A DNA stretch of 64,000 bases from Naegleria gruberi (lineage: Eukaryota). This document shows, in pieces, positions 40,909-50,714 of this stretch. Numbering within the stretch: the stretch's first letter is position 1; every line of letters starts with the position of its first letter. The notes beneath the pieces were generated by a model. It had not been told where the DNA came from and ran no database searches. It was given only the letters and a program-made list of their open reading frames with translations. The stretch lies in the NCBI GenBank assembly GCA_000004985.1, contig GG738853.1; one strand, 5' to 3'. Made by a program: the position numbers and the translations under genes.

Positions 40909-41060
40909 ATATTTATTGGAAAGTGATTATTGGAATCTCGAATGCTTAATGATTCTATTGTAGATCCAATGGAAGCAACAAAAGACATGACTCGGTTATT
41001 TATGGTGTTTCTTTTTTTAGATAAACATAGCAAGACTAGCTGGTGGAGTTGATTTAAAGT

Positions 41061-41084
41061 GACCATCCCAGCGCTGGGATGGTC
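41061..41084. repeat. Perfect 24-bp GC-rich palindrome GACCATCCCAGC|GCTGGGATGGTC
   Basis: Seen directly: a 12+12 perfect inverted repeat with no spacer, 75% GC, inside an otherwise AT-rich intergenic stretch between the eIF4A-like gene and the next gene. Confidence 0.9.
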
Positions 41085-41205
41085 GATTGCCGCCAAAAAT
41101 CCCGTTGCCACTGTAGTTCATTGTAGTGTTGAACACTGATCCAGTCCTAATTATAGATTTCTTTCAAATTCTGGAAAGTTTGAGAAAACAGTTGTTAACA
41201 AAATA

Positions 41206-43071
41206 ATGCCACAACTGGCTGTAATAAATGTCACAGATCTGCCACCATTTCATCAAATACCATCATATAAATTCCAAAATACTGACTATTATCGTATAAA
41301 TGATGTTATTAATTCATACTTTGTTAAAAAATCAAATCATTCACCTTCCAAAATATTAGGAACTGTGTTTTGGGGAAGGAGCCATGTAGTTCCCTCCAAG
41401 GAGGCTGGAAAAGAAATCGGAATGGCAATTGATAAAGGACCAGAAACTATAATTGACCTAGCTGCTGTATTTTACTTGATCATGAATGTGACAAGTAGTA
41501 ATAAGGAAACTCAAAGTGTTGTTTTCAATCATATCATCTCCACTCTCAACCCTCCAATTAATAACAATGCTACTCTTCAAGAAATTCCTTCTGAACTTGG
41601 TTCCTGTGATTCGTATTTTGGATTAGAGGAGTATTTTGATGATGAAGAGGATGAAGATGAATCCGATTCCAACTCTTCGAATAAACCTCAATCGACTCAA
41701 AATAACGATTCAATTAATCAAGAAGATATTATGTTAGATGAGGGAAGGGTTAATTCAGATTCCTTACCACCAAATAATCAACGAAATGAAGAATTTCTCC
41801 CCGAATATGTTGTTGTTGAGCAAAGCAATACCCCAATGTCAAATAATTTTATTAACCGTCTGGAATATGATTCGTATTCATCTGCTATTTCTCAAATAAC
41901 AGAAATAATCAATACTCAAAATTTTAGTCACTTCGATCAATTAAGCAATCCATTTTCAAACGTGTGCAGTTACTTTGGAAATAATTTTTCAGTTTCACAA
42001 TTCAATTCAAATAGCCTCTCTCAATTTAGTCAACCAATATTTTCTCAAATACCAACAAATTACACAGAAACATCATCAAGGGTTCCAGTTGACCAAATCA
42101 TCGAAAAAGAGATTGAAAAAGTTATCATCAATGGATTTTCATGTTCACACTGCAATAACCCTGCATCAGTGTACTTTTCAGGGAAGTATTCAGGTATAGA
42201 TAGTCATGATTGTTTTTCAAAATATTCAAGAAACAGATGTAGAATGGATCTAGATTGCTTTGAGAAACTCCTTAAGGCACAAAATCATGATTTGTATCTT
42301 TGGTTTGAATGTTTGTTAAAAACCAGAGAAGGAAGAAAAAAAGTATTTGATATTTTAAATAATGAAGACAGTGAACGAATTAAGGTGCTATTTAAGGAGA
42401 GAAAGCAAACACGTAATGTGGATGATGTGATGTATTGGAAAGATAATAATTTAGTTTCTTTCAAAATTGTGAATAATTTAAGAAAAGAATGTACGCTTAG
42501 TGATGAATTACCACCAACAAAAGATATGAAGACACGAAAGAAAATTATTGATGAAGAAGTGGAAAAAATCTTCAAAATTATTGCTCCCTCAAACGGCATT
42601 GTTGGTTTTATTGCTGATCTACATGTGTCAGTTGAGCAAATCTTGAAATTATATAGATGTCTTGGCGGGAAACAATTACCAAAAACAGTTTATTTCAAAC
42701 TGTGTGTAGATGGACGAGAGATTAATGGCAAGAAACAAATTGCAATTGCCCTTGTTCCTCTTAATCTACGAGATATATTTCCAACTCAAGCAGTCTCATC
42801 TGTTTTCTATATTGGGCTATTTCTTGGATCAGAAACTAAAAGTTCATTACCTGAAACAGTTGGTTCTTTATCGGATAGTCTAAAATTCATCAGCTCAACA
42901 ACATTCGAAAATTCAAACATTAATTTTTTGAAATTCAAATATTTGAAAATGAAGAATTTATTAGATACTATTTATCCAAACAAAACCACAGTCAGAAGTA
43001 GAAGAAGCAATCTTCTTTTGGATCATAGTGGTCATGTATACATGGTAGACATCTGTGTGAGTATTCAATGA
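41206..43071 (+). CDS. Hypothetical protein with an acidic tract and a Cys-containing C-terminal domain
   Basis: Seen: a 621-aa ATG ORF with a DDEEDEDESDSNSS acidic stretch and a low-complexity Ser/Asn/Gln middle. The C-terminal region carries CSHCNNP..C..C. No confident family assignment. Confidence 0.4.
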   Translation: MPQLAVINVTDLPPFHQIPSYKFQNTDYYRINDVINSYFVKKSNHSPSKILGTVFWGRSHVVPSKEAGKEIGMAIDKGPETIIDLAAVFYLIMNVTSSNKETQSVVFNHIISTLNPPINNNATLQEIPSELGSCDSYFGLEEYFDDEEDEDESDSNSSNKPQSTQNNDSINQEDIMLDEGRVNSDSLPPNNQRNEEFLPEYVVVEQSNTPMSNNFINRLEYDSYSSAISQITEIINTQNFSHFDQLSNPFSNVCSYFGNNFSVSQFNSNSLSQFSQPIFSQIPTNYTETSSRVPVDQIIEKEIEKVIINGFSCSHCNNPASVYFSGKYSGIDSHDCFSKYSRNRCRMDLDCFEKLLKAQNHDLYLWFECLLKTREGRKKVFDILNNEDSERIKVLFKERKQTRNVDDVMYWKDNNLVSFKIVNNLRKECTLSDELPPTKDMKTRKKIIDEEVEKIFKIIAPSNGIVGFIADLHVSVEQILKLYRCLGGKQLPKTVYFKLCVDGREINGKKQIAIALVPLNLRDIFPTQAVSSVFYIGLFLGSETKSSLPETVGSLSDSLKFISSTTFENSNINFLKFKYLKMKNLLDTIYPNKTTVRSRRSNLLLDHSGHVYMVDICVSIQ

Positions 43072-43641
43072 CACAAAGAGCTTGTCAGCAACACATCGAT
43101 ACTCTGCTTCTCTGAAATATTCTGGAATAATTCCCCCTAACCCTTCGAATTGACTTGCAAGCTCTGACACGTCAACTATGGTGTAATATTTAGTCCAGGA
43201 TGGCTTGGAAAAACTTGGAAAATGAGGATAGTTAAATTCGTACACGATATGAGAAATGTGACCATCTTGTTCTCTAGTTGAGTATGGTGTGTATTCTTCT
43301 TTTCTAATGTACAAATGGGGTGGCATGGTGGCTGACATATAGGTATCGAATACATCTTCAGCACATTCTCCAATAGCAGTTCTTTCAAGTGCCTTTCCAT
43401 GAAGTGGAATGTTGTGGTCATCACAATAGCTTCGGATCTTTCTTTCCATTTTCTGTGCAGCCTCTGTCCTGGATTTGGTGGAGAAGAATGGATGGTTGGT
43501 AGTGAGTGGAGAAACATATGTGGTGACAGGTACCTCATCTGTATACACGAATGGATCAAGTGGATGAGCACGAGGTTTGTAGGTGTTCTTTGCTTTGTTG
43601 GCAGTCTCCTTCTTGGTGCTTCTTGATGTGTGTTTAGGCAT
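42961..43641 (-). CDS. Hypothetical protein, strongly codon-biased (likely highly expressed)
   Basis: Seen: a 226-aa ATG ORF with a basic N-terminus (MPKHTSRSTKKETANKAKNTYKPRAHP). Its C-ending codon bias resembles the actin gene. Its last ~110 nt overlap the 3' end of the convergent 41206..43071 ORF. No recognised motif. Confidence 0.4.
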   Translation of the reverse strand: MPKHTSRSTKKETANKAKNTYKPRAHPLDPFVYTDEVPVTTYVSPLTTNHPFFSTKSRTEAAQKMERKIRSYCDDHNIPLHGKALERTAIGECAEDVFDTYMSATMPPHLYIRKEEYTPYSTREQDGHISHIVYEFNYPHFPSFSKPSWTKYYTIVDVSELASQFEGLGGIIPEYFREAEYRCVADKLFVSLNTHTDVYHVYMTTMIQKKIASSTSDCGFVWINSI

Positions 43642-44625
43642 GATGATTGTGTGAGTGTGTTGATTGTGTGTTGTTTGATTGACCGGTAAGTGGTCTATGT
43701 GTAATTGGATGTTTTGGTTTTTGTTTTAATGATGATGAACCAACCGACATTGTAGCTTCCACGTTTTATATTTTTTTTTTCACTCCATTAAACTAATTCT
43801 AGGCAGCCATTCATCGAAGCTCCTGTCTTGCTATGTCATTGCCATAACTCTGAATTCGAAACTTATTACAATGTGGTACATACAAAACAATTATTCAAGC
43901 AATCAACAAACCAATTTAGAAATAAAAAATGATGTGTAATGATCCATTTGAGACAATTTCAAAAGTTGTTTGCAGATGCAACAATTACAACTTTGTAGTT
44001 TCGAATAATATAAAAACCTAATTTTACAATTTAGAAGAGATGATTCAACATTTATGTAACATGTGCATTTCACAAATATTCTTGGAAGTTATTACTGTAT
44101 TCACATCAAATTACTATTATTTAGGAATTCAATTCTGACATATTCTTTCATCTCTGAATCCATTGAACTTTGACTAGAGACAGATGGGGAATGATTCCTG
44201 ATAAATTTTTTTAATCCCATCACTTCTTAAATTACAAATCATTTGCCGCTTAAAAATTGTCGAATTACAAAAAGGGTAAAGTTGATTAATTTTAGATAAT
44301 GATGTCTGACAGTATGGCAAATGACGGAACTTGTAACAACTATTTTTTGTGTTGGGTCATCAACATCCAGAATTGTCAGAGTAATCAAGTGGAACAAATC
44401 TCTTCAGGGGCAATCAAAGACTTTGTTTGGATATTCCTTTAATGAATAGCATGTTCTATTCTCGTTGATTGCACAATTGAGTAACAACAACATACTATGG
44501 TGGAACAATAAAACATTTCCCATTAGCATCATCTAGAAAAAAAACAACTCGTTATTACTACCTTGTTGTATACTAAACGAAACTAAACTCTAGTCCTCTA
44601 ATACCACTGCAATCTAGATTTTATA

Positions 44626-45552
44626 ATGACCATGCAATCATCACAATACACTTCACCATTCCTACAATTCAAATTGTCCAAACCGAGCAAAGTTGAGAAA
44701 CCTCAACATCAAATGAAACAACACAATTCACATGTCTTTGTGCACCAAGAACATGTTGCTCCACAACCAAAATCTTCCAATTCATCCAATCCACCAATGA
44801 TGATGCAAAACTATCATTATATACCACCTATTTTTGTGAATAATTCACCTCCTCCATCTCAAATTAGCTCTCAAATCCTTCCTCCACCACAAGAAGCACT
44901 TCAACATCAATTCACAATGTCATCATCTCAGCCACAATATCATCATCAATTCATGACACAACCTGAAAAGAAGGTTAAAAAAGCAAAGAGAACTCAATCA
45001 CCTCCTGTACCTGCTTCACAACAAGCAACTCAACCTGCCTATATTCATTGGAAATTCAATGAAAGTTTCGATAATTCTCCTCAACAATCAACCTCAACAT
45101 CTAGTCTCCCTTCTTCTAACAGCACTGTTGGAAAAAGTACAAACTCTAAAAGATCTAAGAAAGTGAAATATGGTTGTCTGGCATTTTCTCTCTCAGACTG
45201 TACTCTTGTAAATAATATAAATTATCAAAGACCCCATCACAATACTAATAATAATTGGTTACCTTCTTCAAATATCCCAAATTGTAACATTATCCAATCG
45301 AGTCAACCAACATTTCCAATAGAATCCAAAGAATCGAATATACCTTCTAATAATTCCAACAACCAACTTCATGGTATCCTTAATTATTCCAACAACAGCG
45401 AACATTCACTTCACATTGCCAAAAACCAAGAAGCAAACATGGTCAAGAATCAAGAATCGCCATTGACAACCGTTGAAACTTCTCTCTCTCCAAACCAAGT
45501 CTCTCCTAGAGTAATAAGGACAAACATCTCAATAAAAGACATCCTGAATTAA
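44626..45552 (+). CDS. Low-complexity (Ser/Pro/Gln/Asn-rich) putative nuclear protein ending in ..SIKDILN
   Basis: Seen: a 308-aa ATG ORF with poly-Q/P/S composition and a basic patch KKVKKAKRTQSPP. The IHWKF motif and the C-terminal KDILN* are shared with the 46148 gene. Confidence 0.45.
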   Translation: MTMQSSQYTSPFLQFKLSKPSKVEKPQHQMKQHNSHVFVHQEHVAPQPKSSNSSNPPMMMQNYHYIPPIFVNNSPPPSQISSQILPPPQEALQHQFTMSSSQPQYHHQFMTQPEKKVKKAKRTQSPPVPASQQATQPAYIHWKFNESFDNSPQQSTSTSSLPSSNSTVGKSTNSKRSKKVKYGCLAFSLSDCTLVNNINYQRPHHNTNNNWLPSSNIPNCNIIQSSQPTFPIESKESNIPSNNSNNQLHGILNYSNNSEHSLHIAKNQEANMVKNQESPLTTVETSLSPNQVSPRVIRTNISIKDILN

Positions 45553-45780
45553 CGTTTTCAATTGTAAATGGTGTTTGCTTTGGCAATAAGGCTGTCAAAT
45601 ATCGTGCCGATAATATGCCATTAGTGGCCCCAATTTGTTTTTTAAACAACTTTGGGTAGAGAAAGAGGACATGGTGCACAGAATATTCAGTCCTCAATTG
45701 GCAACCAACAGTTGCGTCAATAGCTCACTTCGCTTTGTTTTGTTAAAAACTGCCAAATTATCTAGTCCTCACACACACTT

Positions 45781-45799
45781 TATAAAAAAACAACTCAAC
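45781..45799 (+). promoter_or_regulatory. Candidate core-promoter element TATAAAAAAACAACTCAAC (copy 2)
   Basis: Seen: identical to the 38581..38599 19-mer. It lies in the intergenic region upstream of the 46148 gene. Confidence 0.3.
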
Positions 45800-46147
45800 T
45801 AGATCTTACTGGTTTCCACTCATTCATTAGAACAATAAGAGCCTATCAATAATATTATATTATTAGCATTATCATTGAAGGAGGATAAACATCATATATT
45901 AATAACCATTGTACATTCTAAAAATTGCTCCAGACCAAACAAAGATAGGATATTTCGAATTAATACCCTCTTATCTCTCTTGTCTTCCGCAAACCAAAGT
46001 CCTCCCCTACGACAGTCCTACATTAATTTTGAACGTTGGTTAATATATTTAACACGTTATCAACTGATAAAGGCTATTCACACGAAACTTTCCATTATTA
46101 TAACGTGTTGAAAAAACGTGCTAGTTGATTCCAAAAATTCCCCACAA

Positions 46148-47587
46148 ATGCCCAACGAAGAATCTCAGGAAATTTTTCACAACAACTCAACCCACAAAGA
46201 AATGACTTTACATCCAACCATGAGTTGCAGTACATCATCTTCCAGTTCTTCATCGGCAAAGATTCACAATCCTCCTAGTAAGATTGAAAAGAGGAGAGGT
46301 AGACCACCAAAAATCACTTCTCCATTAAGTTATCCTGTCAGATGGCAATTTATGAAAGAAGAGGGAGATGTACATGTTTCAAAAAAACAATCAAATAGAA
46401 ACCGTTATCACAATGATATCAGTATAGTGAATTGTTATGATATGTTTAAAGAAGGAGCTTCTCCAAGAACAGAATCCCCTTCATGCTCTTCTTCCACTTC
46501 ATCACTTGCTCAAACTAACTCTCCTTCATCAATTTCACAACAAACTAGAACGAGTTTTCAACTAACTGAATCATCTAACATGTTGATTGGCTCCCATCCT
46601 CTTCCTCCTCCAACTGCCACAATGTTAAATAATTTCACAAAATCAAATTCTGCTCCATCATCATCACAATATTCTCCAATGAATGATACAACTGCCAATA
46701 CTAATCTACCTAATTACAACAATAATATTAATAATTATAATACTAGTAGTAGCAGAGCATGTCAATATCCAGAACAGCCATCACCTGAATCCTACTTTCT
46801 TAACAATGCTCCTAAGCAACAACCTCCTTTCAATTCATCTCTTCCTCAACAATCATCTCCACTTGTAATACCCTCCTATCCAATGCCAAATACTAATAAT
46901 AATAGTCATTACTTTCCTCCATATTGTACAATACCTCCTCCTCAACAACAACAACAACAGAATATTCAGAATATTAACCAATTTCCAACTCCTATTCAAA
47001 CAAGCCAATTTTCCACTCCAAAGAAACAAGTTTCCCATTCTCCAAAATCAACTCCTTCACCAAGTGCCTCTGTATATCATTCGTGGAAGGTAGATTTGTC
47101 TCCATCAACTTCCCCTTATCAAAAACATGGTGAATTATCCTTCTCTCTGAATGATACTATTCAAGTTAATTCGAACAATTATAAGGTATCAATGACCTCA
47201 AAGAAACCCTCACCTTCCTCATCAGCCACCACCCACTCATGTAATAAGATTTCACCTCCCAAGTTTACAAATCAAATCACAACTACTTCCACAGTAATGA
47301 ATCAGTTCTCAACATCTTCACCACAGAATAATACCATCAGCACCACAATTACTAATACTGCTGAGAAAATACTCTCACCAGCTACAGCAACAGCAGCAAC
47401 ATCGAGTAGTACTTCATTTGTAATACATGATAATTATGTTGAAGAAATTCCATCAGTGGCAGCCACAACAGTAGGAGTGAATAGTTCGACGACCAGTGAT
47501 CAATCAACCACCAACATCTCTTCATCCTCACCTCATCAGAAAACCAGGAGAAGCTCCATGCCTAGCCTTAAAGATATTTTAAATTAA
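46148..47587 (+). CDS. Low-complexity AT-hook-containing putative nuclear protein ending in ..SLKDILN (paralogue of the 44626 gene)
   Basis: Seen: an AT-hook KRRGRPPKITSP, a VRWQF motif (compare IHWKF), poly-Q, S/T/P/N-rich composition and the C-terminal SLKDILN*. The tool ORF starts at GTG 46118; the first ATG is 46148. Confidence 0.45.
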   Translation: MPNEESQEIFHNNSTHKEMTLHPTMSCSTSSSSSSSAKIHNPPSKIEKRRGRPPKITSPLSYPVRWQFMKEEGDVHVSKKQSNRNRYHNDISIVNCYDMFKEGASPRTESPSCSSSTSSLAQTNSPSSISQQTRTSFQLTESSNMLIGSHPLPPPTATMLNNFTKSNSAPSSSQYSPMNDTTANTNLPNYNNNINNYNTSSSRACQYPEQPSPESYFLNNAPKQQPPFNSSLPQQSSPLVIPSYPMPNTNNNSHYFPPYCTIPPPQQQQQQNIQNINQFPTPIQTSQFSTPKKQVSHSPKSTPSPSASVYHSWKVDLSPSTSPYQKHGELSFSLNDTIQVNSNNYKVSMTSKKPSPSSSATTHSCNKISPPKFTNQITTTSTVMNQFSTSSPQNNTISTTITNTAEKILSPATATAATSSSTSFVIHDNYVEEIPSVAATTVGVNSSTTSDQSTTNISSSSPHQKTRRSSMPSLKDILN

Positions 47588-48587
47588 TAAAAAAAAATAA
47601 GGCAATTTTAAATTTAAATTTTCTTGATGATTAATTTTTATGATTTGGTTTTTGCTCAAGCCTTTGGAAGTTTATTTATTAACTTGGGATTGATGATAAT
47701 TCAAGAGAGATGAATTAAATGGTTGAGGTTTTGAATATAATAAGGCTTTTTCTCAAACCTATTGAAAACTTCACTGTAGATTGGAATTAAAAATCGGAAT
47801 CAAGCTTGCAACTCTATCTCTACGAAATCGTACATATGATCAGCGAACGCAAATTGAAAATGGTGTAGTAGTAGCAGCACGATATTCACAAATTTCTATT
47901 CTGAATCAAATTGGCCCTCCTTGTTCAATTTAGTAGACACCAACACCATACGAAAGTGCTCACAAAAAGAACGGCCTTTTTAATACTTTATAACTGCGTC
48001 TTTGTTACAACAGAAAACCAAGCCATAATTAACAATACAATGTGCCATCTACAACTTTCATGTATTGTCTTTTTGAAAGCAAAGGAGATAGAAAATCATT
48101 CCTGAAAGTATGTTTTGGGATTTTTCAATTTCCAAACTCGAAACACTTTCTCTCATGGAAATCACTCATAATTGATGCTGGTGAATCACCTACTCTTGCC
48201 GGCAGTAAAACAACATCAATTTTAATTGAGGAGATACGGTTACCTAAACAACTCATTCATACAAATTTTCAGCTCCCCTCACTAATATAATTGTAAAGAA
48301 TAACAGTCAACAAATGTCAACATGGTTCAATAATATTAATTAGTGATGATACTCCAGAGTGGCACCTGCGACCTTCACTTGTTGTCAAACTAAATATCGA
48401 CCAAGTGGTATTTATGGTTGGGTAGAGAACAATTTCAATCAAACAAAACAGCATCAAAAATCAAAAAAAAACAATCAGTCCGAAGAACAGTCTCTGATTC
48501 TCATTTTACGGCGTCACTTGTCTTTGTAGCGTATTATTGCACCTTTTAAAACTTGTGGCATCAAAATAACGCAAAAAAAACATCAAG

Positions 48588-50309
48588 ATGCTATCTTTTA
48601 AAGATTTGATCAAGTCCACAACTTCCCATCATGAAGAAGTGAAGGAACAAGAAAGTATTCGAAACCATCACTATAATCAACAAACAATTTTACCATCACA
48701 ATCACATCACCAATCAATAGTTCACCATAATGATAGAATAGAGAACAACAGCACCACTGGTTCACTTTATCAATCCCCGCCACCACCATCACCATTCGAA
48801 AGCTCATCAAATGGCTCCAACAGAAATTTCAATGAAAAGTTCAATCTACCAAGTATTGATACTCTATTGAATTCCAAACCACCAACTTTCTCATCACATT
48901 TGTATAACAACACAGTTTCTAATAACAATTTGGCAACTACCACTTCCACAACTAGATCACCACATCATCATCAACACTATTCAATACCCAACAATAACGG
49001 CACTATCCAACAACAGCAACACTATCAAACAACTGATATCCAAATGCAACGCTCTTATTCATCTTCTTCGGTACAACAACTCGGCACTTCAAACAAGTCT
49101 TATAACCATTATCCACACTCTTCGAATTCTTACAGTGATGCATCTCCTCCTACAAGCAGCAACTTTCTACAACATACCCAATATAATAGTAGCGTAACCC
49201 CAACGATATCTGCCACCACTGAGGGTTACTATCATTCTTCAAAGGGTTTTCCAAATTCATCTAATAATGCCGGTAGAAATTCTGAATTTGGGCAGGGTGT
49301 GTGTCCATCACATTCGAATAATGGTCATAATTATACTGGTTGGCAAAGCACTTCCAAAGAAGTTTCTCCTCCTCCTAGAGTAGTTACATCCTTAACAAAC
49401 ACAGCTTCCTATCCTAATCATCCTCATTACAATACTAATAGAGAAGCAAGACTAAATAGTAGTTTACCCTCACAACAATCCATGTACACTACGGCTACTA
49501 CAGCAACTAGTGAACCAACCCAGCAACACAATACAGCAACACCTTACCACCACTCAACTATTAGAGATTCCATTCCACAATCAAACCAACATGCTGACCA
49601 CCAACAGAAACCAAGATTTGAACATAATCTTTCATTAATACCTTCTTCCTCGCCACATCAATCATTAAGAGGATCATCCACCATACTTTCAACACTCAAT
49701 ACTACAGCTCCCAACAGTACTCAAGCAAATGCTTCCCAACAACAATCATCCCCCATGATGAATGGAAACATGGATGATGAAGAAGGTTTTGATGAAGCTG
49801 GTGGTTCTGGAACCTATCGTTTCAGAAAGGGATGGACAAAGGATGAACACATTCGTTTCCTCATAGGTGTACATCTCTTTGGTCGAGGCAATTGGAAGAA
49901 TATTTCAAAAGTCATTGCAGGTAAATCTCCAAAACAAGTTCAATCACATGCTCAAAAGTATTTCCTCAGACAGGAACAAACTTCCAAGACTAAACGTTCT
50001 ATTCACGATTTCAATCTTGAAGATTTGATAGAATTGTTAAAAGACGCCACTTATAGAAATACCATTCGAGAAGATACCACACAGAAGGGAAGAGATTTGG
50101 AAGATTTAGTCAACCGATTTGAATCTTCTTATTACAAAGACCAGACAAAGAATAATAGTAGTACCAGTAGCTCAGGAGGTGCTTCTGGATCACCATCATC
50201 ACCACATTCACCTGTAACAAATAGTCAATTGGGACGTGTTGATAACTCAACTGGTAAACAACTTGTACCAAATTCCAGAATCAACAAACCAAAAAACAAA
50301 CCTTATTAA
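48588..50309 (+). CDS. SHAQKYF-class single-repeat Myb/SANT transcription factor with long Gln/Ser/Asn/His-rich N-terminus
   Basis: Seen: the Myb-like domain GWTKDEHIRFLIGVHLFGRGNWKNISKVIAGKSPKQVQSHAQKYF has the diagnostic SHAQKYF motif. Confidence 0.65.
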   Translation: MLSFKDLIKSTTSHHEEVKEQESIRNHHYNQQTILPSQSHHQSIVHHNDRIENNSTTGSLYQSPPPPSPFESSSNGSNRNFNEKFNLPSIDTLLNSKPPTFSSHLYNNTVSNNNLATTTSTTRSPHHHQHYSIPNNNGTIQQQQHYQTTDIQMQRSYSSSSVQQLGTSNKSYNHYPHSSNSYSDASPPTSSNFLQHTQYNSSVTPTISATTEGYYHSSKGFPNSSNNAGRNSEFGQGVCPSHSNNGHNYTGWQSTSKEVSPPPRVVTSLTNTASYPNHPHYNTNREARLNSSLPSQQSMYTTATTATSEPTQQHNTATPYHHSTIRDSIPQSNQHADHQQKPRFEHNLSLIPSSSPHQSLRGSSTILSTLNTTAPNSTQANASQQQSSPMMNGNMDDEEGFDEAGGSGTYRFRKGWTKDEHIRFLIGVHLFGRGNWKNISKVIAGKSPKQVQSHAQKYFLRQEQTSKTKRSIHDFNLEDLIELLKDATYRNTIREDTTQKGRDLEDLVNRFESSYYKDQTKNNSSTSSSGGASGSPSSPHSPVTNSQLGRVDNSTGKQLVPNSRINKPKNKPY

Positions 50310-50714
50310 AGTTCTTTAAACATTCACTTCAGAAATTGAACTGTCATTTGACAATCATTTCAGGATAATTTTTTTTCAATATTAGCCGAAAGTGAGTAAG
50401 ACAATACTTGGCAAATATTTTGATAAAACATTAACATTGACTAACAGCCATTATGTTTTGTCATCCAAACAAGCCTTACTCTTCCTTGCTCGGATCAAAA
50501 CTCTGTTTACCTGTCAGCAATTAATGTCAACAGTCCATTTTCATCATAAAAAAAATTCTTGCTACCTCCACTTCATTCTACAAACCGTTAAAAACAGAGT
50601 TTCGAACTTGAGTTACAATTCCTCTTCCAACAACTGTTATCCTATATCATTGACAAGTTTCGAATAAACAATCGAATAACAATCCATCACATTCTAATAA
50701 TATAACACTTCAAC

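Noticed and set aside
40815-41111. 98-aa minus-strand ORF spanning the 24-bp palindrome
   Set aside because: The ORF exists partly because the palindrome is GC-rich and stop-free. It has no similarity or motif, so I treat the palindrome itself as the feature.
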